Below are positions 19,257 to 29,377 of a DNA stretch of 34,394 bases, in pieces. A program made the position numbers and the translations under genes. The first letter of the stretch is position 1; every line of letters begins with the position of its first letter. The notes under the pieces are model-generated. The model made no database searches, was not told where the DNA came from, and saw only the letters and a list, made by a program, of their open reading frames with translations. This DNA is from a virus (taxonomy: Duplodnaviria > Heunggongvirae > Uroviricota > Caudoviricetes), in the IMG/VR virus record IMGVR_UViG_2531839446_000008; one strand, 5' to 3'.

Positions 19257-19679
19257 TGTAATTTTTTTATGAATTTACATGCACGATAGTGCACAAATTT
19301 GCACAATTTTTTTGAACGAATTTTTGCCCTTCTGGCCCGCGTGGCGGCTGGATCCGTCAGGGATCCGTGCGTGCACAAAAAAACGCGCTTTTTCTGCGCG
19401 CAGGTGACGGGGGAACAGCCCGCGTTTCAGGGGGTAAATAGCGTTCCCTTAACGATGTCGCAGCGACACGACAGAATGGCCGTATTTCTCACGCTGAGCG
19501 TGAAAAATACGTGAGGGATTCTGATTTGATGGGGTGAAAGGTAAGGCCGTCAAAATCGCACTGAGGCGGCGAGAACATGCAGTCAACGCGGTGGGATTGC
19601 GTAAGAGTCTGACCGTCGATGGTGGCGATAAACTGGAAGGCGTCGTGAAATTATCTGACTGATACAGGAGCTGGAGAGT

Positions 19680-19704
19680 CGGGGCATAAATTTTTTATGC
19701 CCCG
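19680..19704. terminator. Hairpin terminator downstream of Q (possibly bidirectional)
   Basis: cggggcataaa-ttttttatgccccg perfect hairpin with an A/T run in the loop, just 3' of the minus-strand Q gene. Confidence 0.5.
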
Positions 19705-19730
19705 GCGAAGCAGCAGACAAGCGAAGCGCG

Positions 19731-20777
19731 TCAGAATGTGGGCTGGATGTCTAACAGTGCGTAAGGGTTAAAGCGGATCACCTCTTCGCCAAGCCAGTCA
19801 TTGATGTGCTTCATGGCCTCCATGACGGGCATCAGCTCGTTAATTGCGTAAACCCGCGCGGCCTTCTCCACATCACCAAACGCACTTTTTTCACCCGGCA
19901 TCGCCCCCATCAGTTGCGGCGGAACGCGGTGCGCAGCCAGCACATCATCACGGGATGCCGCCTTAACATTCATGAACTCATCCTTTGCGGTGATCTGCTG
20001 GAACGGCAAAATTTGCACCCCCTCTTTGCCCCCGTTGGGCGCATGAATGAGCACGTTTTTAAACGCACCACCACCACGCGCACCCTGTAGCGTTTCTTTC
20101 AGGGAGTCCATGCTTTCGCGGTTTACCTGCGCTGCACCGATGTAGATGATGCACCCGGCGTGGGATCCGTTGTCGTAATACAGTTTTCTGAACATGTCCG
20201 CCGAATGAGACAGGCTGGCCGAGAGTAATGCGCCGAGATATTCCGGCATGCCGTAGATTTCCTGGTTAATGTCAGGATTCATCAGGTGACACACTTTGCC
20301 AGGACGAAACTGAAACGCATCCTTGCCATCCTGCACATACCACCATGATTCAAGATCGCTTCCGCGTCGCATGTATTTCGCCAGGGCGTGCCGTAATTTA
20401 AGCGGTTCGCCGAGCATATTGCTTCGAAGCTCAAGGAATGCGTTACCGAACACAAACCAGTCCAGCGCCAGCGCCGAGAAATCCTGCCGGGAAAGCAGCG
20501 GGTGCGGGATGTAGCAACCGAGCAATACATTGCGCTTAAAGTAAAGCGCAGACTGATGCCAGGACGTTTGCCGGGCAGCTCTTGCCAGACCGTACCAGTC
20601 CACTGGGGTTTCATACCACCGCCCGTTATCAGCACAGTACATATTGTCCAGCAGGTCATGCCCGGTCAGGCGATAAGGACCATCAAATGTGAATGCACTG
20701 AGCGATGATTCTTTCCTGAGCGCATCAGCGAGATCAATGCGTGAACTCATGCGCACTTTTTTATTTTTTCTGCTCAT
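19731..20777 (-). CDS. Q: Portal protein, P2 gpQ-like
   Basis: 348-aa ORF immediately downstream of the terminase gene on the minus strand; size and position match P2 Q. Confidence 0.8.
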   Translation of the reverse strand: MSRKNKKVRMSSRIDLADALRKESSLSAFTFDGPYRLTGHDLLDNMYCADNGRWYETPVDWYGLARAARQTSWHQSALYFKRNVLLGCYIPHPLLSRQDFSALALDWFVFGNAFLELRSNMLGEPLKLRHALAKYMRRGSDLESWWYVQDGKDAFQFRPGKVCHLMNPDINQEIYGMPEYLGALLSASLSHSADMFRKLYYDNGSHAGCIIYIGAAQVNRESMDSLKETLQGARGGGAFKNVLIHAPNGGKEGVQILPFQQITAKDEFMNVKAASRDDVLAAHRVPPQLMGAMPGEKSAFGDVEKAARVYAINELMPVMEAMKHINDWLGEEVIRFNPYALLDIQPTF

Positions 20778-22528
20778 CAGAACTCCATAACCGTGAAACG
20801 CTCGTTTTCTCCTTCGCCGCCAATCGGTTCGTTAATGACAGCAAGCATGGTTGCCCACGCAAGGTCGCCGTGGCTGATCCCCCTCGCTCGGTCCGTTTCG
20901 TAAGTGATAAAGCCGCCCGGTGTTTTCACCTTACGCACGGCGTTAAAGGCCGCGACCAGCTCGCGTTCGGCGCGATCGTATTCCCACCGCCCGGCACGCA
21001 TTATTTGCAGCATTTTCAGTACCAGCGACCGTTTTGATGACAGCGTGAAGGTGTACGGAATAGCGGCAGGGAAAAACCGTTTCACTATCTGATAAACAGC
21101 CTCCCCGTTCCCGCCCGTCACATCAATGCCGATGTGTTCCACGTTGTAGCGACACGTGAACTCTTCAATGACTCTGGCCTGTTCTTCAAACTCCAGCCCC
21201 TGAACGCGTCGCGTCTCCACCGTTCGAAAACGGCCACCAGGAACAGACGGAGGAACCACCACGGACACAGCGCCGCTGTCGCCGTTACCACTGCTGCCGT
21301 TTGCGTCATACCCAATCCATACCGGACGATTCCCCATCGGGCGGGGAGCAAAAGGTTTCCAGTCTTTCCAGTCGTCGTATCCGTCAACACCACAGCCAAT
21401 CAGGATATTCAGGTTAAATGCCGATTCCCCTTCGCGGACAAATTCACACATATAGAGATTGAGGAACTCGTCTTCGGTGTTTTCATCACGAATTTCGTCG
21501 ATATCGGTGTGTTTCCAGCCATGATTAACCACATCTTCCAGCGTGACAATTTGCCGCCACGTCCGGTCAGGGCAGATAAGCCCGTTATGCAGCGTTTTCC
21601 AGTCCACAGAAAAACGCTGGCGTTTATGCGTGGCCTTTTTCTCGTTCCAGCGGTCGCCGTTCCAGTAGGCGTATGCCTCGTGCGTTTCGGTGGATGGCGT
21701 GGAGAAGTAGGTGCGCCGCAGTCCGCTGAGGGTTGCCATAGCGCCAGCCACCTTGCGCAGTTCTGCAAAGCGACTGACCCAGAAAAATTCATCAAAATAA
21801 AAATTGCCCGTATAGGACTGTGCCGACGCAGCAGAAGTGCCGAGAAAATGCAGCTCTGCGCCGTTGGAGAGGATGATTTTATCGCCCCCTTTCAGCTCCA
21901 CATCAACTTCAGCCGCGGCCTTCTGAATAATGCTTTTAAACTGGAACGCCTGACGACGCGACGCAGACAAAAAAATCTGGTTACGCTGGTAAGGTTGCGC
22001 CACATCGTCACGCAGCGCCATCAGCAGCGCTTCCTGTGCAAAATACCAGGTCGCCCCAATCTGTCGGGATTTCAGGATCATCCTGTTACGTATCCCTGCT
22101 TCCCTGCAAAGGGTCAGGGAGTCAAACCAGCCCCGCTGATGCCACTCCAGCCTGCTGATGATTTTTTCCCGCAGTGCGGCAATCTGTTCCGGCGTGAAAT
22201 GATTTTTAAGCTTTTTCGCCCGGCCTTTCTTTCCTGTGGCCGTCGCATCCGGCTGGCCATCATGCAGTTTTTTAAGCTGCCGGGTCAGCAGGTCTATTTC
22301 CTTGAAGTCACCACCTGTTTTATTCTGTTTTTCAGTGAGCTGGATGAGGCGCGCATCGATGGACTGCGTGACACGCTGCACGGGTGGCGTTTCATCCCAC
22401 TGGTCGCGTTTTTTCCACGCATAAATCGTGTTCGGGTTTATTCCCATCAGACGTGATATTTCTGCGGGCGGATAACCCTGCCAGTAAAGTTGCCGCGCAC
22501 GCTGGCGCACAAAAGCGTCCTGAATCAT
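20777..22528 (-). CDS. P: Terminase large (ATPase) subunit, P2 gpP-like
   Basis: 583 aa; N-terminus MIQDAFVRQRARQLYWQGY... typical of P2 P; divergent from O. Confidence 0.85.
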   Translation of the reverse strand: MIQDAFVRQRARQLYWQGYPPAEISRLMGINPNTIYAWKKRDQWDETPPVQRVTQSIDARLIQLTEKQNKTGGDFKEIDLLTRQLKKLHDGQPDATATGKKGRAKKLKNHFTPEQIAALREKIISRLEWHQRGWFDSLTLCREAGIRNRMILKSRQIGATWYFAQEALLMALRDDVAQPYQRNQIFLSASRRQAFQFKSIIQKAAAEVDVELKGGDKIILSNGAELHFLGTSAASAQSYTGNFYFDEFFWVSRFAELRKVAGAMATLSGLRRTYFSTPSTETHEAYAYWNGDRWNEKKATHKRQRFSVDWKTLHNGLICPDRTWRQIVTLEDVVNHGWKHTDIDEIRDENTEDEFLNLYMCEFVREGESAFNLNILIGCGVDGYDDWKDWKPFAPRPMGNRPVWIGYDANGSSGNGDSGAVSVVVPPSVPGGRFRTVETRRVQGLEFEEQARVIEEFTCRYNVEHIGIDVTGGNGEAVYQIVKRFFPAAIPYTFTLSSKRSLVLKMLQIMRAGRWEYDRAERELVAAFNAVRKVKTPGGFITYETDRARGISHGDLAWATMLAVINEPIGGEGENERFTVMEF

Positions 22529-22682
22529 TGCTCCCCCTGAGTAATTACAGGAAGATTACCCGCGCGCGAAACTGTTCTCCTTAACCCCCTGTTCTGGCTG
22601 TTTTCTTACAACAAAAGCCATTTGTATCAGCCTGTTACGCTTTGCCATCATGACTGAAGAACCAGTCAGAGGGGCAAAAACT
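22529..22682. promoter_or_regulatory. Divergent late promoter region (P and O operons)
   Basis: Intergenic between divergently transcribed P and O, where P2-like phages carry Ogr-dependent late promoters; the exact site was not identified. Confidence 0.35.
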
Positions 22683-23519
22683 ATGGCTAATGAAAAAAAG
22701 ACATCCCGCAAAAAGTTTCGCGTGGCTGTCTCCGGATCAACTGTTGATGGCCGCGAAATCAGCCCGGTACATCTGCGTGAAGCCGCCGAGAACTTCAACC
22801 CGGATGTTTACGCTGCCCGCGTGAACGTTGAGCACTATCTCTCGCCATGCCCGTCAAGCGAATTTTCCGCAATGGGCGATGTCACCGCGCTGAGTACGGA
22901 AGATATTACGGAAGGCCCGCTGGCCGGACGTACTGCGCTGTATGCAGAAATCGAACCGACAGAGCGCATGAAGCAGCTTGTCGCTGACGGCAAGAAAATC
23001 TATTCCAGTATCGAACTGCACCCGCAGTTCTCCGTTAACGGGCGCGCCTATCTGGTCGGGCTGGCGATGACCGACACCCCGGCAAGCCTGGGCACTGAGC
23101 GCCTGAAATTCACGGCACAGCAACGTCAGGCGGTAATGACGTTCAACAGTGTCCAGGGTGAAGCGCCGCTTATCTCCGAAGCCATCGAGTCTGAAATCAT
23201 CGAAATGGCAGAACAACGCCAGGAAGAAGGCACCCAGTGGTTTAACCGCGTAATGGGGATTATTGGCCGTGGCCGCAAAGCGGATGACGCCAGTTTTTCC
23301 CGTATTCAGGAAGCGGTGGAAGGCGTCGCAACGTCACAGGCCGACATTATCGACCGTTTTAATGTGCTGGAAACCCGCCATCAGCAGGACCGCCAGAAAA
23401 TCACGTCACTGACCACAGAGCTGACAGCACTGAAGGAAAAACTGCGCACGCAGGACGGCGATCCGCAGAACCGCTTCACCGCAACGGGCGCAGCCTCCGA
23501 CCAGCTGGCTGACTTCTGA
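22683..23519 (+). CDS. O: Capsid scaffolding protein, P2 gpO-like
   Basis: About 278 aa from the ATG at 22683 (MANEKKTSRKKFRVAVSGSTVDGREIS...), paralleling the P2 O N-terminus. Confidence 0.8.
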   Translation: MANEKKTSRKKFRVAVSGSTVDGREISPVHLREAAENFNPDVYAARVNVEHYLSPCPSSEFSAMGDVTALSTEDITEGPLAGRTALYAEIEPTERMKQLVADGKKIYSSIELHPQFSVNGRAYLVGLAMTDTPASLGTERLKFTAQQRQAVMTFNSVQGEAPLISEAIESEIIEMAEQRQEEGTQWFNRVMGIIGRGRKADDASFSRIQEAVEGVATSQADIIDRFNVLETRHQQDRQKITSLTTELTALKEKLRTQDGDPQNRFTATGAASDQLADF

Positions 23520-23541
23520 TAAGACAAAGGAGCAAATTTTT

Positions 23542-24594
23542 ATGAATCTGGTGATGTCAGATATTACCCGCAACAAGCTGGGTTGCTATATGGCGCAGCA
23601 GGCGTCGCTTAACAATATCCCGGTATCTGCACTGGTATCACGATTTACCGTAGAACCCTCGGTGCAGCAGCGTTTTGAAAACGCAGTAAAGGAGAGCACT
23701 GAATTTACAAAAAAAATTAACGTGTTCGGTGTGACTGACCAGAAAGGCGAAAAAATCCTCCTGGACACCACCGGGCCGATTGCGCGCACGAATACCAGTT
23801 ATGACGGCACAAAACGCCGTAACCCGAATAACGTGGTTGATCTGAAAAACCGCAAATACCAGTGCGAACAGGTGAACTACGACACGTTTATTTCGTATCC
23901 GCAGCTTGATGCCTGGGCGGCACACCCTGATTTTCAGTCCCGCGTCAGCACACAGATTGCCCGGCAGGTGGCGCTTGACCGCATCATGATCGGTTTCAAC
24001 GGCACGTCTCACGCAGATGAGTCCAACTTCAGCACTAACAAGCTGCTTCAGGACGTTAACGTGGGATGGCTGGAGCACATCAGAACCGACGCCAGCGAGC
24101 GCGTTATGAATGATGTAACGCTGACCTCCCGCAACATGGACAACACCGTGGCGCACGCGGGTAAGTATGCGAACGCTGATGCACTGGTACAGGACGCGCG
24201 CTCATCCCTGCTGGATGAATGGCACAAGGAAGCTGACGACCTCGTGGTGATTATGGGGCGCAACCTGTTTAACTCGCTGCGTCTGCCCGTGCTGAACAGC
24301 ATCAGCGGCCAGAATCCCAATGCGGAATTACTTGCCGGACAGCTCATCCTGTCATCGCGCGCCATTGGCGGGCTGGATGTATTCCTTGCGCCGTTCTTCC
24401 CGGATGCAACGATGCTGATCACCTCGTTCAACAACCTGTCGATTTACTGGCAGAAAGGAACAATGCGTCGCCTGATGAAAGACGAGCCGGAATACAACCG
24501 CATCGCCACCTACCAGTCCATCAATGACGCTTATGTCGTTGAAGACTATGGCAAGTGCGCGATGGTCACTGGCCTGAAGTTCGCCGACAGCTAA
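23542..24594 (+). CDS. N: Major capsid protein, P2 gpN-like
   Basis: 350 aa; the FTVEPSVQQ segment and the size match P2 N. Confidence 0.8.
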   Translation: MNLVMSDITRNKLGCYMAQQASLNNIPVSALVSRFTVEPSVQQRFENAVKESTEFTKKINVFGVTDQKGEKILLDTTGPIARTNTSYDGTKRRNPNNVVDLKNRKYQCEQVNYDTFISYPQLDAWAAHPDFQSRVSTQIARQVALDRIMIGFNGTSHADESNFSTNKLLQDVNVGWLEHIRTDASERVMNDVTLTSRNMDNTVAHAGKYANADALVQDARSSLLDEWHKEADDLVVIMGRNLFNSLRLPVLNSISGQNPNAELLAGQLILSSRAIGGLDVFLAPFFPDATMLITSFNNLSIYWQKGTMRRLMKDEPEYNRIATYQSINDAYVVEDYGKCAMVTGLKFADS

Positions 24595-24639
24595 TCAACT
24601 CACGGCGGGCATCATACCCGCCTGTAACGGAGAGAAAAA

Positions 24640-25440
24640 ATGATTACTCCTGCACAGCAACACTGGCAGAACGTGATGGCACAGCGCGCAGGCCGGGCGA
24701 ATGAAGGCGTGGACCACGCCGCGCGTACCGCGCATGAAGAGGTGCTGTATCGTCTGCGTCTGGCACAGGCCCGGCTTAAGGGCGTACAGGCCAGAAGCGC
24801 GAAAGCCGCCATCAAAAAAGAGTTGTTGCCGGACTTTTCCGGCTGGATTGAGGGAACGCTGGAGGCTGACGGCGGGCAGCAGGATGAAGTGATTGCCACG
24901 CTGATGGTGTGGGCGATTGACTGCGGCGATCTTCCGCTGGCGCTGCGTATTGGTGCGTATGTGGTCCGTCACAACCTCATCATGCCGGATAACTTTGGCC
25001 GTACTGCTGCCACGGTACTGACCGAAGAAATCTGTAATCCGGTACTGACGCAGGCCGGGACGGATGCCGACGCGGATTTGTCCGCCTTTATCGAACCACT
25101 GGACACCCTCCGGGAGATTGTCACCGACCAGGACATGCCGGACGAAGTGCGCGCCAAATTATGCAAGGCGTGCGCCTTTGCCCGCCGTGGCCTGACTGAT
25201 GCGGACAGCATGGCCTCTTCACTGAAGCTGCTGCGCGAAGCGATGCACCTGAACTCGAACGCAGGTGTTAAACGCGAGATTGCAACCCTTTCCCGCGCTC
25301 TGAAAAAAGCCGATTCCGCAGCCGCACCAGAAGATGCCAGCGCACAGCAGGCGCAGGACGAAAGCAGCAAAAGTAAAAAGACAACGCGGAAGCCTGCAAC
25401 ACGAAAAACCACCGCGACGCAGAAGGCGAAGCGCGGTTAA
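24640..25440 (+). CDS. M: Terminase small (endonuclease) subunit, P2 gpM-like
   Basis: 266 aa, basic C-terminal tail; position after N. Confidence 0.7.
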   Translation: MITPAQQHWQNVMAQRAGRANEGVDHAARTAHEEVLYRLRLAQARLKGVQARSAKAAIKKELLPDFSGWIEGTLEADGGQQDEVIATLMVWAIDCGDLPLALRIGAYVVRHNLIMPDNFGRTAATVLTEEICNPVLTQAGTDADADLSAFIEPLDTLREIVTDQDMPDEVRAKLCKACAFARRGLTDADSMASSLKLLREAMHLNSNAGVKREIATLSRALKKADSAAAPEDASAQQAQDESSKSKKTTRKPATRKTTATQKAKRG

Positions 25441-25532
25441 CGACTGACCCCGTCAGCGGGCGGCGTGCGCGGTGTTCCGGTTTGACTCCGTGACCGTTTA
25501 CACCGCGCACCCACCGCCCGATTTTTTCAGGA

Positions 25533-26036
25533 GTGAACCCCATGAGTATGGTTGCCAGAACCAACCCCGGACCCGCAGAGGACGACATAACCGATACCGA
25601 TGATGGCGACACTCGCATTTCAGCAGGTGCATTCTGGCCGGATATTGTGCTGCGCGAGCTGCGTCTGGCGGTACGACTGCCGGGCCGCGTGACCACCTCC
25701 CGCCTGCTGCATACTGCCACCGGGGCCGTGGCTCACGTTACCCGCGAGCTGGAAGCATGGCAGCAGGAACAGCAGGCGGCTGGCCATCAGACGCTGGCCG
25801 ATGTTCCGGCACCCGTAATTAACGGAGAAAGCGTCAATCTCTGGCACTGGCGCAATGCTGTTTATACCGCCACACGCGCCCTGATTCTGGAGCGTTACCG
25901 CGATGCGGACACAACGGACAAGGGCGACCGCCGGGCGGACGCACTGGATATACAGACATCGGATTTGTGGCGCGATGTGAGCTGGGCCATCTCTGACATT
26001 CTGTGCCGCCCGCGAATCTTTGCGGAGTTGTGCTGA
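25533..26036 (+). CDS. L: Head completion/stabilisation protein, P2 gpL-like
   Basis: 167 aa; position after M. Confidence 0.7.
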   Translation: MNPMSMVARTNPGPAEDDITDTDDGDTRISAGAFWPDIVLRELRLAVRLPGRVTTSRLLHTATGAVAHVTRELEAWQQEQQAAGHQTLADVPAPVINGESVNLWHWRNAVYTATRALILERYRDADTTDKGDRRADALDIQTSDLWRDVSWAISDILCRPRIFAELC

Positions 26037-26236
26037 TGAAAGTGAAGGCACTGGAAGGCGACACCGTGGATTCGCTCTGTTTCCGGTACTACGGCATGAC
26101 GCAGGGCGTCACCGAAAAGGTGCTGGATGCCAACCCCGGACTCTGTCAGCAGGTATTTCTGGACGCCGGGCAGGAAGTGGAGATGCCGGAGCCAGAGAAG
26201 AAGAAACGAGAAATGATTCAGTTGTGGGGGGAGTAG
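26036..26236 (+). CDS. X: Tail protein X (LysM-like), P2 gpX-like
   Basis: 66 aa from the ATG at 26036 (MKVKALEGDTVDSLCFRYYG...). Confidence 0.7.
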   Translation: MKVKALEGDTVDSLCFRYYGMTQGVTEKVLDANPGLCQQVFLDAGQEVEMPEPEKKKREMIQLWGE

Positions 26237-26238
26237 CA

Positions 26239-26562
26239 GTGAGCACCATTCAAACAGGGATCTCAGAGCAGGTTATTGCGTGGCTCTTTGACCATCTGCC
26301 AACGGTGTATGCAGTAGGCGCGGCGGTCAGCATTTCCGCGCTGATGAGTCTTTATGACGGACGAACGCTGGTTCAGACCGTAACGGGATCGCTGGCGTGC
26401 GGCGTTCTTGCCATGGCCGTGGCCGGGTCGTTGCGCTTCTTCGGAGTTCCTGAAGATGCCGTGACGTTTTTCGGCGCATCTATCGGTTTTATGGGCGCAG
26501 AAAAAGCACGCGACAAGATCATTGCCGCCTTTAACCGCATAACCCAAAAGGGAGATGAATAA
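26239..26562 (+). CDS. Putative holin
   Basis: About 107 aa from the GTG at 26239; hydrophobic helices (AVGAAVSISALM, ACGVLAMAVAG) and a charged C-terminus; sits between X and the endolysin. The start is uncertain. Confidence 0.55.
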   Translation: MSTIQTGISEQVIAWLFDHLPTVYAVGAAVSISALMSLYDGRTLVQTVTGSLACGVLAMAVAGSLRFFGVPEDAVTFFGASIGFMGAEKARDKIIAAFNRITQKGDE

Positions 26563-26616
26563 GTCTCAGGCTTAAAGCTGGTAATCACCATAAAAATCAT
26601 TCACAGAGGTGGCGAA

Positions 26617-27162
26617 ATGAAATCGAAAGACGAAATTTTTGATGCCGTTCTGGGCAAAGAAGGCGGCTACGTCAATCACCCGGATGACAAAGGCGGCCCG
26701 ACAAAATGGGGCATCACTGAAAAGGTGGCACGGGCGCACGGATACCGTGGCGATATGCGTGATTTAACGCGCGGACAGGCACTGGAAATCCTTGAAGCTG
26801 ATTACTGGTACGGACCGCGTTTTGATCAGATAGCGAAGCTGTCCCCGGATATTGCCGCAGAACTGTGTGACACCGGAGTAAATATGGGGCCGTCTGTGGC
26901 AACCAGAATGCTGCAGCGCTGGCTGAACGCATTCAATCAGGGCGGGAAACTGTATCCCGATATGGACACGGACGGACGCACTGGCCCACGCACGATTAAC
27001 GCATTGCGTGCATATCTGGACAAACGCGGTCGGGACGGCGAGATGGTGATGTTAGCAGCACTGAACTGTACACAAGGTGAACGCTATCTGGAGCTGGCGG
27101 AAAAACGCGAAGCCAACGAGTCGTTTGTCTACGGCTGGATAAAGGAACGCGTAGCGGCATGA
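26617..27162 (+). CDS. Endolysin, GH108-type muramidase with peptidoglycan-binding domain
   Basis: 181 aa; the N-terminal segment AVLGKEGGYVNHPDDKGGPTKWGIT is characteristic of the GH108 family as I recall it. Confidence 0.65.
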   Translation: MKSKDEIFDAVLGKEGGYVNHPDDKGGPTKWGITEKVARAHGYRGDMRDLTRGQALEILEADYWYGPRFDQIAKLSPDIAAELCDTGVNMGPSVATRMLQRWLNAFNQGGKLYPDMDTDGRTGPRTINALRAYLDKRGRDGEMVMLAALNCTQGERYLELAEKREANESFVYGWIKERVAA

Positions 27163-27566
27163 AGTTATGGACTTCTCTGGGCATCGCTTTTCTTCTGATT
27201 GCCGCATGGGAAACATCCATGCGTCTGTCATGGTCGCTTGGCCGGGAGAACGCCAGAAACGAAGTACAGGCCAGCACCCTGAAAAGTACCGTCGACACAC
27301 TGAATATCATCAGCGCCGGGGTACAGGATATGCAGCAGGTGCTGGCGCAACTCCGCGTGGAAAATCAGCAACGCAATCAGGACGGAGAGGCCAGACGTGA
27401 ACAGCTACGCAACGATATTGCAAAAGATGAATGCGCCCACGCTTTGCCTGACGCTCGTTTTACTGACAGGTTGCGCAGGCACGCAGAACGCGCCACGGCC
27501 AGCGCCGTCAGTCCGGCTTATACCGCAGACGCTGACCATACCGGTAATGCCTCCCCCCTTCCCTGA
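27159..27566 (+). CDS. lysB: i-spanin (LysB/Rz-like)
   Basis: 135 aa with an N-terminal TM helix (WTSLGIAFLLIAAW) and a coiled-coil periplasmic part. Confidence 0.65.
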   Translation: MKLWTSLGIAFLLIAAWETSMRLSWSLGRENARNEVQASTLKSTVDTLNIISAGVQDMQQVLAQLRVENQQRNQDGEARREQLRNDIAKDECAHALPDARFTDRLRRHAERATASAVSPAYTADADHTGNASPLP

Positions 27567-27717
27567 TACTCCCACATGGGGAAATCTCGGTATATGGGGC
27601 GATCGCCTTCTGGATGCACTTGAAACCTGTAACGCGGATAAACGGGCCATTGAATTACTGGAACAGCGCAGGCTGCAACGACTGAACAACGAGGATAACA
27701 ACCATGCTGAAAACTGA
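27397..27717 (+). CDS. lysC: o-spanin lipoprotein (LysC/Rz1-like), overlapped architecture
   Basis: Starts inside lysB in a different frame and runs past its end; lipobox LLTGC; proline-rich. The start may be the Met at 27427. Confidence 0.6.
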   Translation: MNSYATILQKMNAPTLCLTLVLLTGCAGTQNAPRPAPSVRLIPQTLTIPVMPPPFPDTPTWGNLGIWGDRLLDALETCNADKRAIELLEQRRLQRLNNEDNNHAEN

Positions 27718-28171
27718 TTCCCTGCGTGAAGCCATGACCCGTTCATGCCGATGGTGTCAGGCTAACCCGGAAAAATTCACCATTTTCGTGGAGAGCGGCA
27801 ACATTGAAACGACCGGAGAAACGCCCTCGTTTGTTTACCGCTATCAGATGGTGATGTTTGTCATGGATTACGCCGGAGAGCTGGACGACCTCACGCTGCC
27901 GTTACTGGCGTGGTTATCCGAAAATCAGCCACAGTTGTTGCTCAATCCGGAGCGTAATCAGGACATCAAATTCTCCGCCGTTATCAATGACGATGACAGC
28001 GCCGATCTCCTGTTTACGCTTCCCCTGCGGGAACGTGTTCGCATCACGCGCAGCAGTCAGGGCACACCGCAGGCAGAACACCTTCCGGAGCCAAAACCCC
28101 GCCTGCCATCCTCCGAAGGCGACTGGTCGCATGTATTCCAGGATGTGACGTGGGGGGAAAGCGATGGATAA
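27704..28171 (+). CDS. R: Tail completion protein, P2 gpR-like
   Basis: 155 aa; size and the LPLLAWLSENQPQ motif match P2 R. Confidence 0.75.
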   Translation: MLKTDSLREAMTRSCRWCQANPEKFTIFVESGNIETTGETPSFVYRYQMVMFVMDYAGELDDLTLPLLAWLSENQPQLLLNPERNQDIKFSAVINDDDSADLLFTLPLRERVRITRSSQGTPQAEHLPEPKPRLPSSEGDWSHVFQDVTWGESDG

Positions 28172-28799
28172 GGCATTCATTCGCGTGGATGAAACTTTTG
28201 AGGCCATCCGCGACAGCCTGAATCAGCAGGCCATCAATAACATCGCCAGAAAGCTGGCACAGGATTTACGTCGCGCCCAGCAGGCACGTATCCGGTCACA
28301 GAAAGCGCCGGACGGGACCGCATGGGCACCACGCAGACGCCGCGTAACCCGGATACAGGAGCGTATTCGCTTTATCTGGAATAACGAAGCACGCACGCTG
28401 AAAAACTGGCATCACGACACGGGGAAATACGGGCGAACCATTACCGGGTGGGATGAGGATAAAAACAATATCCGCACGTTTTACCGGGATGACATCGACC
28501 GTTTTCTGGAAATACGCACCCGGCGCATCAACCAGGACAGCACAAAGCGCGTCCCCATGTTTGTAAAACTGCGCACCGCCCGCTACCTGAAAGCCCGTGC
28601 AGATGCTTCCGGTGTGACGGTGGGTTACAGCGGCGTGGCCGCACGTATTGCCCGCGTTCATCAGTTCGGTGAGCGCGATCAGGTTGCGCCGGGCATTTTC
28701 ACCGATTACCCGGTACGTGAGCTGCTGGGTATCAGCCAGGCAGATGAGCGCCTGATTTATAACACGGTGCTGGGCCGGATTGCGGAGGCTGTACGGTGA
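28164..28799 (+). CDS. S: Virion morphogenesis/tail completion protein, P2 gpS-like
   Basis: 211-aa ORF in the expected position between R and V. Confidence 0.65.
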   Translation: MDKAFIRVDETFEAIRDSLNQQAINNIARKLAQDLRRAQQARIRSQKAPDGTAWAPRRRRVTRIQERIRFIWNNEARTLKNWHHDTGKYGRTITGWDEDKNNIRTFYRDDIDRFLEIRTRRINQDSTKRVPMFVKLRTARYLKARADASGVTVGYSGVAARIARVHQFGERDQVAPGIFTDYPVRELLGISQADERLIYNTVLGRIAEAVR

Positions 28800-29377
28800 G
28801 CGCAGAACTCATGCGACTGCTGAGCAATATCATCCGCACCGGGATCATCTCTGAAGTTGATGAGAAGTCCTGGCGCGTGCGCGTTCGCAGCGGCGAACTG
28901 GAAACAGGCTGGTTGCGCTGGAACACCACGCGCGCGGGAGCCTTCAATGTGTGGCTGCCGCCATCACCAGGCGAACAGGTGGTAATTGCCTGCATTGGCG
29001 GCAACCCGGAAACCGCCATGATAATTGGCAGCCTGTGGAGTGATGCCAATCCGGCCCCCGGCAAAAGCCTGAAAGAAATCGTGGTCAGCGCGCCGGATGG
29101 CGCGGTGTTCCGCTACGACGCAGACGCTGGCGCACTGAGCGCCAGCGGCATGAAAACAGCCACCCTGCAGGCATCCGTCAGCGTGACACTGGATACACCC
29201 GTCGTGGAATGCACAGACCTTCTGAGAACGGCGACGCTTGACGTCACAAAAGGGGGAAAGATGAGCGGCAATATCACGCACAGCGGCGGCAATTTCACCT
29301 CAAACGGCATCACAGTGCATACGCATAAACACGGTGGCGTTAAAGGTGGCAGCGATTCGACAGGAGGCCCGCAGTGA
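28796..29377 (+). CDS. V: Baseplate spike/assembly protein, P2 gpV-like
   Basis: 193-aa ORF in the expected position. Confidence 0.75.
   Translation: MSAELMRLLSNIIRTGIISEVDEKSWRVRVRSGELETGWLRWNTTRAGAFNVWLPPSPGEQVVIACIGGNPETAMIIGSLWSDANPAPGKSLKEIVVSAPDGAVFRYDADAGALSASGMKTATLQASVSVTLDTPVVECTDLLRTATLDVTKGGKMSGNITHSGGNFTSNGITVHTHKHGGVKGGSDSTGGPQ

Noticed and set aside
21134-22456. 440-aa plus-strand ORF
   Set aside because: Lies entirely antisense within the terminase large subunit gene; translation is low-complexity and Arg/Pro-rich, typical of a shadow ORF in GC-rich coding sequence.
24048-25412. Minus-strand ORFs of 95-172 aa across the capsid and small-terminase genes
   Set aside because: Antisense to well-supported late structural genes and compositionally biased; treated as shadow ORFs.
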